DNA of 63,531 nucleotides, filler included, from Octopus bimaculoides (GCF_001194135.2; 8 parts of 6 records of this genome joined end to end with filler, not necessarily neighbours in it); one strand, 5' to 3'. Shown: positions 50,328-63,531, counted from the whole stretch's first letter. The notes: generated by a model not told the origin, from the sequence alone. Made by a program: numbers and translations.

Positions 50328-53029
50328 ATATATATGAATGTTTATAATCTTGCATGTAAGCCAAGAGAAACATGTCTTGACCAAAGCTCATTAACAGCGC
50401 ATCAGATATTCACGTATATTAGCCGATCAAAGGAGAACAGTAGACAACTTGTTTAATCAATGGTATACAGAAGGGGTTCGTGAAACAATTTATTTAATGG
50501 AAAAGCAAAATAGGCCCATAAACAACCAACAACGATTCATCATACTAAAATGTACTAATTTGCTATAGTCTATGTTTTAGGAACTTTGAAACTCTTTTAT
50601 AAACTATATGCGATCTCCTAAGAAGAGAGAGAGATGCTGAAAATTATAATTTAAAAGTAAGATAACAACTGAAATGAAACTAATATACTATAACCGTAAA
50701 TCTTAACCCAAATCTTAAAAACTTACCCTAATCCAAAAACTCTAACCTTAACTACAAATTGAAATATCTCATTGAAGAATGAAATCTTCTGTGTTTGATG
50801 CACTAATTATTTTTTTTAAATATAAGAATTTCTGCATGAGTCGAAAATGTCACTGGTTGTTATGTACTCTGAAATGAATAAGAACTGCTATATTCTTTAA
50901 AAATGTAATTTATATTATTTATGACAATAAACAAATTCCACCTCTAACCATATCATAAAAACTAAAAATGTTAGATGGGTGGTTTTCATATCGCATAATT
51001 TTGAGTTCAAATTCCACCGAGGTCGACTTCTCCTTTTATCCTTTCGGGGTCGATAAAATAAGAACCAGTTGAACAACGGGGTCGATGTAATCAACTTACC
51101 CCTCCCCACCCTCCAAATTGCTGGGCTTGTGCCGAAATTTGAAGTCAATATTATCGTTTAATATATAAGCCTTCACGTGGTTGGGAAATATGTCTTCAAA
51201 TTATTCTACCCGGCATATCGTTAAAATCAATTAAAATATATTAAGGTAGATTAGTTGTTAAAAATAAGAAATCCTGCCACTACGTCGTGGGGAAGTAGAG
51301 ATTTTTAGTCTCTAATTAAGACAGAACAGCTTATATGTCGTTTTCCTTTCTTCAATTTTTTCGTATAGCATATAAGCGTATAGAGGCATAAATAGAGCAG
51401 TATGTATGGCTAAGAGGTTTTCTTAGCAATCCTTCTATTTCAAGTGACATCACATTATGCGACACCTTGAGCAAATGTATAATGAACAAGGAACCATCAT
51501 GTGGTCATTCAATCTGTGTGAAAGGAGCCTATTCACAGTCGCACTGCATGCTGAAAACAACAGGCAACTCTCCATATGATTCGCATCACATATTTGTAGC
51601 TTATATGAATATATTACTTATATTTATATTTCAGAGTAACTGATATATTTCATTCTTACAATCACTCATATTTCTTAATAGATCAATCGAATAATGCTTA
51701 GTTTTTCAAAGTTTACTTAGTTGTTCTCGGTTGTTGTTGTTGTAGTTGCTAGTAGTGGTGGTGATGGTGTTGTTATTGTCGTTGCTTCTTAGAACCAATT
51801 CATCTATAATCCAATAGATTTATGACTGAAGGTATAACAGTAGTGACCAATATTCTGTCGCAGCAATGTATCTAGGACTACAGGATTCAATTGATCCTTA
51901 CTCTCTACAACGGAATATATTTGCCAGGAATATTTGGCTGTTACCCTTCGACGATTGAACGACTTTGTAAAGGCACCGATTGTTAGCTTGTCGCAGTTGA
52001 AGTTATATTTCATAGCGTTGCAGAGCAAGATAATTTTTTCCTCCTTCAATTCTTAAAGAAAAATAGAAATCTGAAATAATTTTATATGGGCAAGTGACAA
52101 GCAGTGTAATTAAAATGTTTGCATCACAACCTTTTGATTTTGCATCCGATGAGATAGTGCGGCATCTTGGTTTGTTGCAGACAGGTGTCTTCCGACGATA
52201 TTTTAGTCGAGACTGTGCGGAAGCCCATTGCACACATATATTGATGTCTGTGTGTGTTTGTATTTGTTTGCATGTACGTGAGTTTTGATGTGTATATGTA
52301 TGTGTATGTATGAACAGTTCTAGATAATGAAACGGTCTTATGCAACTTTTAAGTAGTTATAAGAAAGGTTTGATGGAGGCCACTGCAAGAAGTTCTTCAT
52401 GGAATATTTCCAGCTACCCACAGATCAAAACCTATAAATATCTGCCATACCCATTTTCACTCAGCCTCGCTTAGTCATTTTTTCTCTGTTATATGTAATA
52501 ATATTTTATATGAAGTATACAAAATACTCTCTCAATATCAATCGATCAAAAACTTTTGTAATTATTATTGTGAGCAGAAAATTCGTCAATTGTAATTAAT
52601 CTGTGAAATAAGTAAGGATATTCCACATTGTTATTACAAACTGGGGCAGGTAAAATGGCAGTGACTGGCGTCTTCGGTTTATATAGTACATACATACAAC
52701 AAAAGAATTACATATACAAAAAGCACCTAACTCCTTTGCTAAATGATATAGTAAATACAGACATTCATACATCAACCATACTAAGAAAAACAGGAAGTTC
52801 GCAGTCATCAGATAACTGGTCCTTAAAGAATTCCAACACGCCCTTCAATATTTTAAGGAGCACAATTAACTGCCAAGCCCTACATTTATTGTAACCAACT
52901 TTACCAACTCACCGTATCAGTTTCATATTTGTCGATTTCCTTCACATCAAAATTACTCAACTAACACTCCTAATTAATTTCCGGGCCAAAATACTATATT
53001 CAGAAATATAAAATATCTTAAACAAACTT

Positions 53030-53400
53030 AGGTGCAGGTTTGGCTGCGTGGTAATTTTGCTTCCCAACCTCATGGTTCTGGGTTCACTCTTACTGTCTGA
53101 CACTTGAGCAAGTATCTACTACTATAGCATTGGGCCGACCAAAGACTTATTGGTGGATTTGATAGATGGAATTTGAAAGAAGCCAGTCGTATATATATAC
53201 GTGTCTGTATGTGTGTGTGTGTGTGTTTGTTTTTGTGTCTGTGTTTGCCCCCATCACCGCCTGACACTCGGTATTTGTGTGTTTACGTCCCTCTAGTATA
53301 GCAGTTCGGCAAAACAGACCGACAGAGTAAGTACGAAGCTTTAAATGAAAATCAGTACTGAGGTCGATTCATTCGACTGACGTTTTGTGGCCAGCTTGGC
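53030..53400 (+). mobile_element. SINE family A
   Basis: ggctgcgtggtaa...ggttctgggttcac...cttgagcaagt...gaagccagtcgtata (TG)n. Confidence 0.8.
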
Positions 53401-53986
53401 CACAAAAAAAGATACTATATTCACAAAGGGATACGCAGTTCCCCAAAAATATTTGTAAACAAAACCAACACAAGTCAAGGTAGAAAAACATTTGGCAGCC
53501 ACTTTATATACCTTCCATAATTTAGAAAGATATATTAATAGAATATGTTATATCATAATCTGAAATATTGCACGCCGTTATTTCGATCATATACGATAAA
53601 TTTTCGCTTAAACAATTTATAAATACATGTATGTTCGATAGCTTCATCTCCTTAATATGTAGGAGATGAGAGAATTTATGCGCATCTGCATAGATGAATT
53701 AATACGCTAATATCTCACTGTATGTATATACAAATACACACACGCACACACATAAATATACGCCTTACTGCTAGGTTAAGGGGACGTAGACACACCAACA
53801 TCGGTTGTCAAACAATGGTGGGGACACAAACACAGACACACAAATATATACATACATGCATATATATATATATATATATATATATANNNNNNNNNNNNNN
53901 NNNNNNNNNNNNNNNNNNNNNNNNNNNNNNTTAATTAATTAANNNNNNNNNNNNNNNNNNNNNNNNNNNNNNNNNNNNNNNNNNNN

Positions 53987-54040
<54 letters not shown>

Positions 54041-54638
54041 TTTACATATATGTATGAGAGTATGATTACATGCGTGCATGTGTTCTTATATATTCATGCA
54101 TGCATATATATTTGTGTGTGTATATATATGTATATACAAACGTGTGTGCGTACATTCATCCTTTTATGCATCTGTGTATAAGTACAATTGTAAGAGTAGT
54201 TCTCATTTCCATGTATGGAGGTATTGGTGTGCATATATGTGTATGTGTGTGCATATGTATACGTGTGTGCGTACTTTCGTTCACGTGTGTGTGTGTGTGT
54301 GTGTGTGTTTGTGTGCAGTGCGTTTAACTAGTGTGTTTCTGGGTGTGTGTATGTGTGAGTGTGTTTGTGCGTGTGTGTGCGCGCGCCTGTTCGTGTTCTA
54401 AGGTATGTCTTGTTGCTATTACATATGTATGGACACTCACTCACACACACACACACACTCACACACACATTGAAATGTAAATATATGTATGTATATATAT
54501 ATATGTGTGTGTATATATGTGTGTATGTGTGTGTTTTGTTATCGTTTCCTCTTATCATTGCAGCATGCACACACACGCACATCCGCTAATATATATATAT
54601 ATATATATACATACATGCATACACACACACGCACACAC

Positions 54639-54678
<40 letters not shown>

Positions 54679-54829
54679 ATATATATATACATACATACGC
54701 ATGCATGCACGTATGCCACGTATATGATTGCGCCTGTTTGGTATTTATCTAAGGGAACAAGAGGGACCAGGTGAACACGAAACAAGTCCCTGGACTGATA
54801 TATATCCGTAGCAAGACTCAATCACGATG

Positions 54830-55460
54830 GCTGCAGAACCACCACCACCACCACCACCACTACTACTACTACTACCGAAAAAACAAGAAGAACGTTAACA
54901 ACATTGTAAATCGTCGAGAGATTCTGGGAACTGACTGCCACCATGTTGTTTCACTGCGCTCGACCCTCCCCGCTCCCAGCATGTCCGCGAATGCCACGGA
55001 GACGCACCCACCCCACCTCATCCCTCACTGACCACCCACACTCCAGTGGATTGATTACAGACAGATAAATGGTTAATTGGAAAACGGAAGACATGGGCGG
55101 AGTAGGAGGATGTTGTTGAACGGGGCTGGAGGAGAGAGAAAAAGGCGAGACAAAATGGCGGAGATGAAGAAGAAAGGGAATAAAAAAAATAACATGTTTC
55201 GAAGAAGATAAGGATTTGAGTGAGAGACTGTCATCCATGACAAAACCTTTATCAGTTTCTACCTCGACCTTGGCCTCCATCTCCGCCACTACTACCACGA
55301 CCATCAGCAGCAGCAGCAGTACCACCACCACCACCACCACGACTGCCACCAACACCACCATCATCACCATCGTCACCACAACCATTACCATCATTACAAA
55401 TACCACCACTTTCACCATAATCAATCTACTATACCATCATCACCATCTTGCGCGCGTGTG
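54830..55460. repeat. Degenerate (CCA)/(CTA)/(CAT) trinucleotide region
   Basis: Seen directly. Confidence 0.75.
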
Positions 55461-57021
55461 TGTCTGTGTTCTGTAATTAATGATATAACTACAGGCTTTT
55501 AGTTTCGAAGGGTTGACTTTACATTTTTCGGGGTCGATAAATTTAGTACCAGCGAAACAGTGGGGTCGATGTAATCGACTAGTCTCCTCCCCACAAATTT
55601 AAGCCCTTGTGTCTTTAAGAGAAAGGATTATTTCTAGAANNNNNNNNNNNNNNNNNNNNNNNNNNNNNNNNNNNNNNNNNNNNNNNNNNNNNNNNNNNNN
55701 NNNNNNNNNNNNNNNNNNNNNNNNNNNNNNNNNNNNNNNNNNNNNNNNNNNNNNNNNNNNNNNNNNNNNNNNNNNNNNNNNNNNNNNNNNNNNNNNNNNN
55801 NNNNNNNNNNNNNNNNNNNNNNNNNNNNNNNNNNNNNNNNNNNNNNNNNNNNNNNNNNNNNNNNNNNNNNNNNNNNNNNNNNNNNNNNNNNNNNNNNNNN
55901 NNNNNNNNNNNTATATATAACACAAAGAATATATATGCATGTATACACACATATATGTACATACTTACATCTACATGTGTATATAGATGCATATCAGGGA
56001 TCAGGACGTTAGAACAATGAACTACAGACAACGGAACGAACACATAGGAAAACAGATAGCCACTTGGAATTAATCCTTCGTCAGCTGCCTCTATTCTAAC
56101 TAGACGTTTCGAATATATATATATGTATATGTGTGTATGTATGTATAAATATATATGACTCTATGTATTGATAAGCCGCAAGAATAGCGAAATACCGGTA
56201 TCTACTATTGTCCATCACTTCAGGGAGAGCTGTCTCAGCTAGGACGTCGAGTAGTGAGCTTACTCCGGTCGCTATATCGCAGCAAATGGGTGTTTTAAAA
56301 AACACATAGAAAGTACAAATACGGATTTATTTTTATCGCTTAGCAGATATAAGCGCTGATCAGCAATCTTATTTGCTGAATATAAAATACAAAGCTTGGT
56401 TTAGGCTCACACATCCGGGTGTATTAGTCGACCAACCTTTTATCGGCTGTAAATTTTGGTCTGAAAAATTCGACTTGCGTGCCAGAAAATACGGTGTATG
56501 TTAAGTTAAGCTCCTCATAATCATTAATGAACTAAAAACTTCTTTTCTTGTACACGCATCGCTGAAATTGGGGGTACGTCTAATACGCCCGAGCGAATTT
56601 TATGCCATCAAATGCAATAAATAACTCTTAATCACTTAATTTATTAGAAAAAATTCCAATTGTACTACGCGATGGGGCAGGGGTTACTTCGCAGCTGAAG
56701 TTGTAATTTAAATTCATTAAAAGAAATAATGTTTTTTTTTCACAAACAATTTTCATCTTTATTACATTTTTTATCCCGTTTTTATTTTATTTCGAACACT
56801 AAATGATATTTTCTGAAATATGTTAATTTAATATAAGTTAATTGGTTGAACCAGAAATTGGGAAGAAATTTGATCAGTTGACGTCATTGAAAACTGGCGA
56901 GTGTGTGGGTGTTTTACATATNNNNNNNNNNNNNNNNNNNNNNNNNNNNNNNNNNNNNNNNNNNNTTAATTAATTAANNNNNNNNNNNNNNNNNNNNNNN
57001 NNNNNNNNNNNNNNNNNNNNN

Positions 57022-57080
<59 letters not shown>

Positions 57081-57616
57081 CATTCTCTATCTCTTCCCCA
57101 TTCTTTCCCCATCTCTCTCTGTCTCTCTCTTCTTTCTTTCACTATGAAAATGACCTACGAATCCGCCATTCGCTTTCTGCAGTGATATGCAGTTCGGCAA
57201 AAGGAAATGCTGAGTGTTGTTTATGGCACAACATATTTTATGGTGTACATTAGTTGGATATCTGACGTGGAACGACTGGTAAGAGAGATATTTCTCCAGA
57301 GCGGGGTGGATGGGAAATGATGGGATATTGCAATAATTTGGTTAGGATTGTGTTTCTTCGGCAAGATTCTTAGTCAGTCGCATGACTGAAGCGGCCAGTA
57401 CAAACACACAGGTGTGTGTGTATATGTATGTGTATGTGCGTGTGTTTGCGTGTATATACAGTGTGCATGCAGTATCTATGCATGTATGGTGTTTATGCAC
57501 ATGTCTATGTGTAGTTGTAGACACACACAAACACATACACACACACAGATACAAACACACATACAGATACAAACACACACATACACACACATGGCATGAG
57601 TGCACATATTTTTAAC

Positions 57617-57641
57617 TATCTATCTATCTATCTATCTATCC

Positions 57642-57672
<31 letters not shown>

Positions 57673-57709
57673 CATCCATCCATCCATCCATCCATCCATC
57701 CATCCATCC

Positions 57710-57776
<67 letters not shown>

Positions 57777-57793
57777 CATCCATCCATCCATCC

Positions 57794-57849
<56 letters not shown>

Positions 57850-57850
57850 C
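57617..57850. repeat. (TATC)n/(TCCA)n compound tetranucleotide microsatellite; similar (TATC)n at about 24190-24310, 36250-36320 and 60522-60577
   Basis: Seen directly. Confidence 0.95.
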
Positions 57851-58062
57851 TCCATCTTTATATTTATCTATACACATATACGTTCACACGCATGCACTTA
57901 CACGAAAATATACTTGTGTATATATGTATGTAGGTGTTTGCGATATGTGCGTATGCGTGTGTGTTCGTGTGTATGTATGTATATATAAACACACACACAT
58001 ACACACACAAAAACAGGTGTTTGTGAATATATATGTAGATGTTTTGTGTGTGTGAGTGTATG

Positions 58063-58103
<41 letters not shown>

Positions 58104-58137
58104 TGTGAATATGTGTATTCATGTAGACATAAATATA

Positions 58138-58176
<39 letters not shown>

Positions 58177-58404
58177 ATATATATNNNNNNNNNNNNNNNN
58201 NNNNNNNNNNNNNNNNNNNNNNNNNNNNNNNNNNNNNNNNNNNNNNNNNNNNNNNNNNNNNNNNNNNNNNNNNNNNNNNNNNNNNNNNNNNNNNNNNNNN
58301 NNNNNNNNNNNNNNNNNNNNNNNTATATATATATATATATATATATATACTGTGAATATGTGTATTCATGTAGACATAAATATATATATGTATATATATA
58401 TATA

Positions 58405-58950
58405 TGCTTGGGTTTTTCCCAAGCGACTGTTTTGGACCCACTTCTGTTCATAGTGTATGTAAACGACATCTCAAATGTCCTCAAGTATTTGCAGATGTCC
58501 TCAAGCTTCAAAATCTCATCAATGGAGAAGACCGAATTAAACTAATCTGATCTGTTTGCTGCAAGTCAATGGGCTGACAAAAAAAAAAAAAAACCATCAA
58601 ATGAGGGAATATTTGAATTCATGCTCTTTGGTAAAGAGAATGCACTCACACAACCATATTCTCTTCCTTCAAGGGAACTACTCACGGCATCGCATCCAGT
58701 AGTATCTGCGATTTAGGAGTAATTGTTGACAACAATCTCGGTGGAGTACTCATATCCAATAGAACCGATGTGATTTGCGAGATGAGCTCCTGGATCATCA
58801 GAACTTTCTAGTCCAGAGAGTCAGATGTCATCATTCCCTTTTTTTCCTCCTACTTTGTACTGGAACACCTAGAATACTGCTGCCCCTGTGGTCTCCCCAT
58901 ACCAAAGAAAACATTATGAGAATTGAGTCAGCTCAGAGATCAAACGTAAA
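58405..58950 (+). mobile_element. Decayed CR1/L2-type LINE RT fragment
   Basis: Reads LGFSQATVLDPLLFIVYVNDI (GVPQGSVLGPLLF..YVND motif), FADV, DLGVIVDNNL, SWIIRTF and HLEYCCP.WSPHTKENIMRIESAQR. Confidence 0.85.
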
Positions 58951-59696
58951 AAAATAAAAGATAAGACTGGACTTGTTTGTTGGCTTTTACCTAAAACCTT
59001 CAAGAAGGTAAGGAGGTTTTAGGTAAAATTATACTAATGTGTTTTAGGTAAAATTATACTAACGTGTCCATCTGTTTTAATTTAATTTAATTCTATGTCT
59101 TTATGCAGCTGAGAATTGCTCTGCATTTAATCTGATGTAATAATTGCATTGTTCAATTAAATGGAGTTGCTAGAAACGATCGTACTGCATTACCTCTGGA
59201 TATCCTTGTTGCTTATTTTGATTTTAATCACCTTATTTTGATTTTAATCACCTTATTTTGAAATTGAATGGATAATACCTTACTAAATTCTGGTGCCTCA
59301 ACTTAAGTAACTAATTCATCTGAATCTAAAGTTTTGCTANNNNNNNNNNNNNNNNNNNNNNNNNNNNNNNNNNNNNNNNNNNNNNNNNNNNNNNNNNNNN
59401 NNNNNNNNNNNNNNNNNNNNNNNNNNNNNNNNNNNNNNNNNNNNNNNNNNNNNNNNNNNNNNNNNNNNNNNNNNNNNNNNNNNNNNNNNNNNNNNNNNNN
59501 NNNNNNNNNNNNNNNNNNNNNNNNNNNNNNNNNNNNNNNNNNNNNNNNNNNNNNNNNNNNNNNNNNNNNNNNNNNNNNNNNNNNNNNNNNNNNNNNNNNN
59601 NNNNNNNNNNNNNNNNNNNNNNNNNNNNNNNNNNNNNNNNNNNNNNNNNNNNNNNNNNNNNNNNNNNNNNNNNNNNNNNNNNNNNNNNNNNNNNNN

Positions 59697-59990
59697 NGTA
59701 GACGGAAACCGAAAGAAGCCCGTCGTATATATGTATATATATATGTATGTGTGTATGTGTTTGTGTGTCTGTGTTTGTGTGTCTGTGTTTGTCCCCCCAA
59801 CATCGCTTGACAACCGATACTGGTGTGTTTATGTCCCCGTAACTTAGCGGTTTCGGCAAAAGAGACCGATAGAATAAGTACTAGGCTTCTAAAGAATAAG
59901 TCTGGGGTCGATTTGCTCGACTAATGGCGGTGCTCCAGCATGGCCACAGTCAAAAGACTGAAACAAGTAAAGGAGTAAAGAGTAAAAGAG
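59697..59990 (+). mobile_element. SINE family A, young copy with its 5' part in a gap
   Basis: gtagacggaaaccgaaagaagcccgtcg...gtccccgtaacttagcgg...cagtcaaaagactgaaacaagtaaaggagtaaag. Confidence 0.88.
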
Positions 59991-60521
59991 TACACCTTGT
60001 TATTATTTTTCATACAGAGAAGACAAAATCTGCAGACGAGCAACGTTCCTAACTTTTGGGCCCACGAAGAGAGCTTATGACAAATCACTATTGAAATAGG
60101 ACGCAATCCAGAATTTAGCTAACGGCTTGATTAATTTAAATAAAATGCGTTCGTCGTCTGATCAATAGTTGTTACGAACAATAGGAGAAGCCTAAGAGGA
60201 ATTTAAAGTAAACTACATTTTTTGAAAAGATTTTGGTGTGAAATTTTAAACAGATGTGGGAAGAGAATTAAACAGTTTCTTCACATCTGTTAAGCTTCTG
60301 AACGAATGTTATAAGAAAAATTAGGCTTCTAATACACACTGTGTGGTGTATAAATATTTGCAAAGATCTTTTATTAATCAAAATTCAGAGCTCACTTCTT
60401 CCTGCAGGCATTCCACAATGGTTATAAAGAAACATTCAGTTTTTAATGTAGTATTTAACATACATTTGCATACTGATATTCATGGCAGAGATAGTTATGT
60501 TTATATATGTGCTTATTTGTA

Positions 60522-60577
<56 letters not shown>

Positions 60578-61242
60578 ATCATGGACGGACGGTAGACACA
60601 TCGGCTCCCATGTAAGTTGCATTTTTCACCTCTTAAAAGACCTATTTTGTTTTAAAATTTTGTATAAGTTGTGTATAACACAAAATACTTCGTGAACATA
60701 TATTTTTCAAAAGGGAAATAGCTCTATTTAGAGCCTTATTTCCAAAAATTCAAGCATATCTTCCTCGTTCCTAGCCATATTCTGTAAAACGAATATGGCT
60801 AAGGTTTTCAACGAGGCCGACTTCNNNNNNNNNNNNNNNNNNNNNNNNNNNNNNNNNNNNNNNNNNNNTTAATTAATTAANNNNNNNNNNNNNNNNNNNN
60901 NNNNNNNNNNNNNNNNNNNNNNNNATTTTTTTTATACAAATATCTTATATAAATCTATTTCAGCTAGTGTAACATGATGCCACTAGTACCATTGTTCTCA
61001 GGATTATTTTGTGTGATAATAAGATAAATGTTGGAAATTTATAAGAAAAACTAAACAAAAAATATCTTTTGAACCTCAAAATTAAATTTCTTGTATGTAA
61101 TCATTATTGAAAATGACGTTATACTGTTTAAATCATCCTTGTTGTCTAATTGTACAATAATGTAAAAGTGAAAAATGGCATGTTTCTCCAATGACACCGT
61201 GAAGACATAATATTGAACAATATTTTGTTTGATTTCTTTCAG

Positions 61243-61509
61243 CTCCATTGCCACCAACTGATGTGAAAGTAGAAAGTATTACAACAAATAGTGCTAACAT
61301 CAGTTGGAATTTAGAGAAGACATCATCACAAGGAAGTGAATGGTTAATTCAATATGAAAGAGATTCTTACCAGTACAAAAACGAAACAAGGAAAAACGAA
61401 AGGATTGAATTAAAATCCTTAGAAGATGGTGAGAGATATGAAGTAAAAATATGGACCCGTTCTAATATGGTATACAGTGAATCATATGCCAATACAAATT
61501 TCGTAACGT
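61243..61509 (+). CDS. Internal coding exon encoding one fibronectin type III domain; probably a multi-FN3 cell-surface protein such as an R3-type receptor tyrosine phosphatase (PTPRB/PTPRJ/Ptp10D-like)
   Basis: Acceptor ttgtttgatttctttcAG ends at 61242 and donor GTAAGT starts at 61510. The exon is 267 nt, open, and phase 1-1 as is typical for FN3 exons. Translation (x)PLPPTDVKVESITTNSANISWNLEK...WLIQY...IELKSLEDGERYEVKIWTRSNMVYSESYANTNFVT has the FN3 pattern P..P, W, Y, L..L..G..Y.V.I and sequons NIS and NET. Family assignment is by recalled resemblance only. Confidence 0.88.
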
Positions 61510-62239
61510 GTAAGTATTTGAAATGAATATTCCTTAGACAGTTACAAACTATATAGAACATCAATTGCTTTTATTATGTAATGACTTTAACTTGGAATAC
61601 AACAAAAAAGTACTTGTATTTGATCAGAAATCTTGAAATTTCTTTTTTAGTTATGACCCATAAACTGTGTTGCTGGTCTACTANNNNNNNNNNNNNNNNN
61701 NNNNNNNNNNNNNNNNNNNNNNNNTTGTAACGATATCTTTAACGAGTTCTGGTATTGTAAAATTTCATAAAATAGTTAAACAACAGCCATGGTCAAACTG
61801 TGGGCCTGTGGGACATTCTGAATGGCTCCCTAACAAAAAATTAGCTTGAATTTTTTCAGTAGGGTGACTCATTTGATGGTGAGTCGTGTCTCATGCAGTT
61901 CAGTTTTTTGAAAAATGTTTCCTATGCCTAGTTTAGAACTAGAAAATAAACTACTCACTTTTCATCTCTTATTAATTATCATGGTATCTGTCAGTAGTTG
62001 TTTCTCTTTCAGTAGTTAAATTGCAGCTATATTAAAGCTGGAAGATTTCATTTTTTATGTGATAATCTCCATAGTGTGTCACACATAAACTGTTTAAATA
62101 GAATATCTTTTGGACTTATCTATANNNNNNNNNNNNNNNNNNNNNNNNNNNNNNNNNNNNNNNNNNNNTTAATTAATTAANNNNNNNNNNNNNNNNNNNN
62201 NNNNNNNNNNNNNNNNNNNNNNNNTATATATATATATAT

Positions 62240-63110
62240 ATATATCAATTGATCAGAAGAAATTTGGATTCGGCTAAGATCGTTTCTGACTGTTTCCATG
62301 CATGATGATGTGTGAGCGCATATGCAAAGTGAACAAAGAAAAAACAATCGCTTCATTTCATTCAATACTCTCGATGAGAACAGAAGAATTTATGGAAGAG
62401 TGAAAAATAAATCAGAATTCAATGTGGAAGTGGATTACGTCACATCTGATTTTTAAAATTTGTTCATCCCAAGATGTCTTGCAGTTGCCTAGAAACCTAT
62501 TGATATGGAGAATATCTATCAGTGATAAATGCTGACAGGTTAAAGTTGGGACACTGAAATATTCTTTCCAACTATTCATTGCCTTTTTGCAGATATACAT
62601 TGAGATACAATGTGGTTCTTAAAAACATTTTCAATGCTGCAAAAATTCAAATTGCTCCAACCAGCAGAGGTAAAGAACCACAGAAGAAACCAGGTAGAGA
62701 TTCCATTACTTTAATGCGTCCAATATGTCTCTTTGAAGAAGAAACTTTCTGTGGTAGATAGAAAGTGGGACGGCTAGTGGAAGGTGACATCAGATTTACT
62801 CGTTTGCGAAAGATTCTTCTCCATTCCAGTTACGAAACTAGGTATTATCATATTGTGTGAGAAAAAGTAAGTATTAAATCTGGTTGAGTTAACAGATGCT
62901 CATGAAGATAACATGGACGCTTCTGGGACTTGAAAGGTCAATCGTTATAAACTCCTCTTGGAGAAATGTGCAGATGTAGAATAGAAAGCCGAGAATTATC
63001 CATCGAATTTGTGCGTCAGGGATTCATTGGAAATAATTGTGAGGCGATGGTTGCTTTGCCTAAGGCAAAATCATCGTAGAGCAAATACCATCGTGAGCGA
63101 TAACCAAGCT
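62240..63110 (+). mobile_element. Decayed HERO/NeSL-clade RLE non-LTR retrotransposon 3' region (zinc knuckle plus restriction-like endonuclease)
   Basis: Broken frames read QDVLQLPRNLLIWRISISDKC..KVGTLK.ILSNYSLPFCRYTLRYNVVLK, then WKVTSDL..ERFFSIPVTK.GIIILCEKK..LNLVELTDAHEDNM..K.NRYKLLLEKC, and (G)CRGFIG-like. These correspond to the RH..VL, PD and ELT..E..K motifs. Confidence 0.75.
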
Positions 63111-63492
63111 ACATTGGATTTGGTTAAATAGTGATAGTTATCAACGGATAGAAGATTATTGAGTTAAGTCTTACAAGTTCATCTAACAAGCGAAATATTC
63201 ATCTCAGTGAAGGGCGATGCGCAATAATACCGTTGAGATGAAGGACCCGAAACTGTGCACATTCTCTCACGATGACCCCAGAAGCTTGCTGGTATCCAGT
63301 ATGTGGAGAATTCAACTGGTAGCACTTGCAGCCTCAACTTATTTACAAATAATTTGTGTGCATGTGTGTGTAAACGTGCGTATGTGCCTGTATTTGCGTG
63401 TATATGCATATGTACATGCACACATGCAATTATACATATACACATACATACAAATATATATACAAGAGCACCATGCACACACATATATGTAC

Positions 63493-63531
<39 letters not shown>

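Larger units (their letters stand above)
29543..62180. other. Seven artificial TTAATTAATTAA spacers inside N gaps (29543, 40363, 49809, 53931, 56966, 60869, 62169)
   Basis: An identical 12-mer, which places stop codons in all six frames, is flanked each time by about 44 N on both sides (100-bp placeholder gap). Confidence 0.95.

Noticed and set aside
56078-56112. Permuted hammerhead on the minus strand (GAAACGUC...CUGACGA)
   Set aside because: The core motifs are present but neither stem I nor stem II can be paired. It is treated as a family E repeat relic.
60249-60291. Short hairpin aacagatgtg...cacatctgtt
   Set aside because: A 10-bp core is within chance expectation for a window this size, and there is no supporting context.
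29543-62180. Recurrent TTAATTAATTAA motif
   Set aside because: It is always embedded in fixed-length N runs, so it is an assembly spacer with six-frame stops and not biological.
150-63484. Large number of ORFs reading YIYIY, HTHTH, CVCVC, LSIY, ERER or poly-X
   Set aside because: They are translations of microsatellites and N gaps.

Overview
This is AT-rich animal genomic DNA, not prokaryotic. It is packed with microsatellites, tRNA-derived SINEs, decayed LINE, Penelope, Gypsy, mariner and hAT remnants, and many assembly gaps. The repeat families and texture suggest a coleoid cephalopod (Octopus-like); that is inference from recalled repeat families, not a database result. Almost all ORFs in the supplied track are microsatellite, gap or antisense artefacts. 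Only one protein-coding exon is convincing: a 267-nt phase 1-1 exon (61243-61509, +) encoding one extracellular fibronectin type III domain of the kind repeated in R3 receptor tyrosine phosphatases. Most of the window is therefore probably giant intron(s) of that gene. The most striking observation is a candidate 18-nt microexon (or recursive splice site) at 35303-35320. It lies almost midway between the innermost members of six copies of one SINE family, three forward upstream and three reverse downstream, so the pre-mRNA could fold into nested dsRNA stems with the microexon in the loop. Other items worth checking are a nearly intact minimal hammerhead ribozyme (33509-33557, -), two further hammerhead-like motifs, a 46-bp-arm hairpin (15902-16004), several inverted repeat pairs, and further candidate micro or poison exons. 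All splicing and RNA-structure claims are predictions from sequence only.
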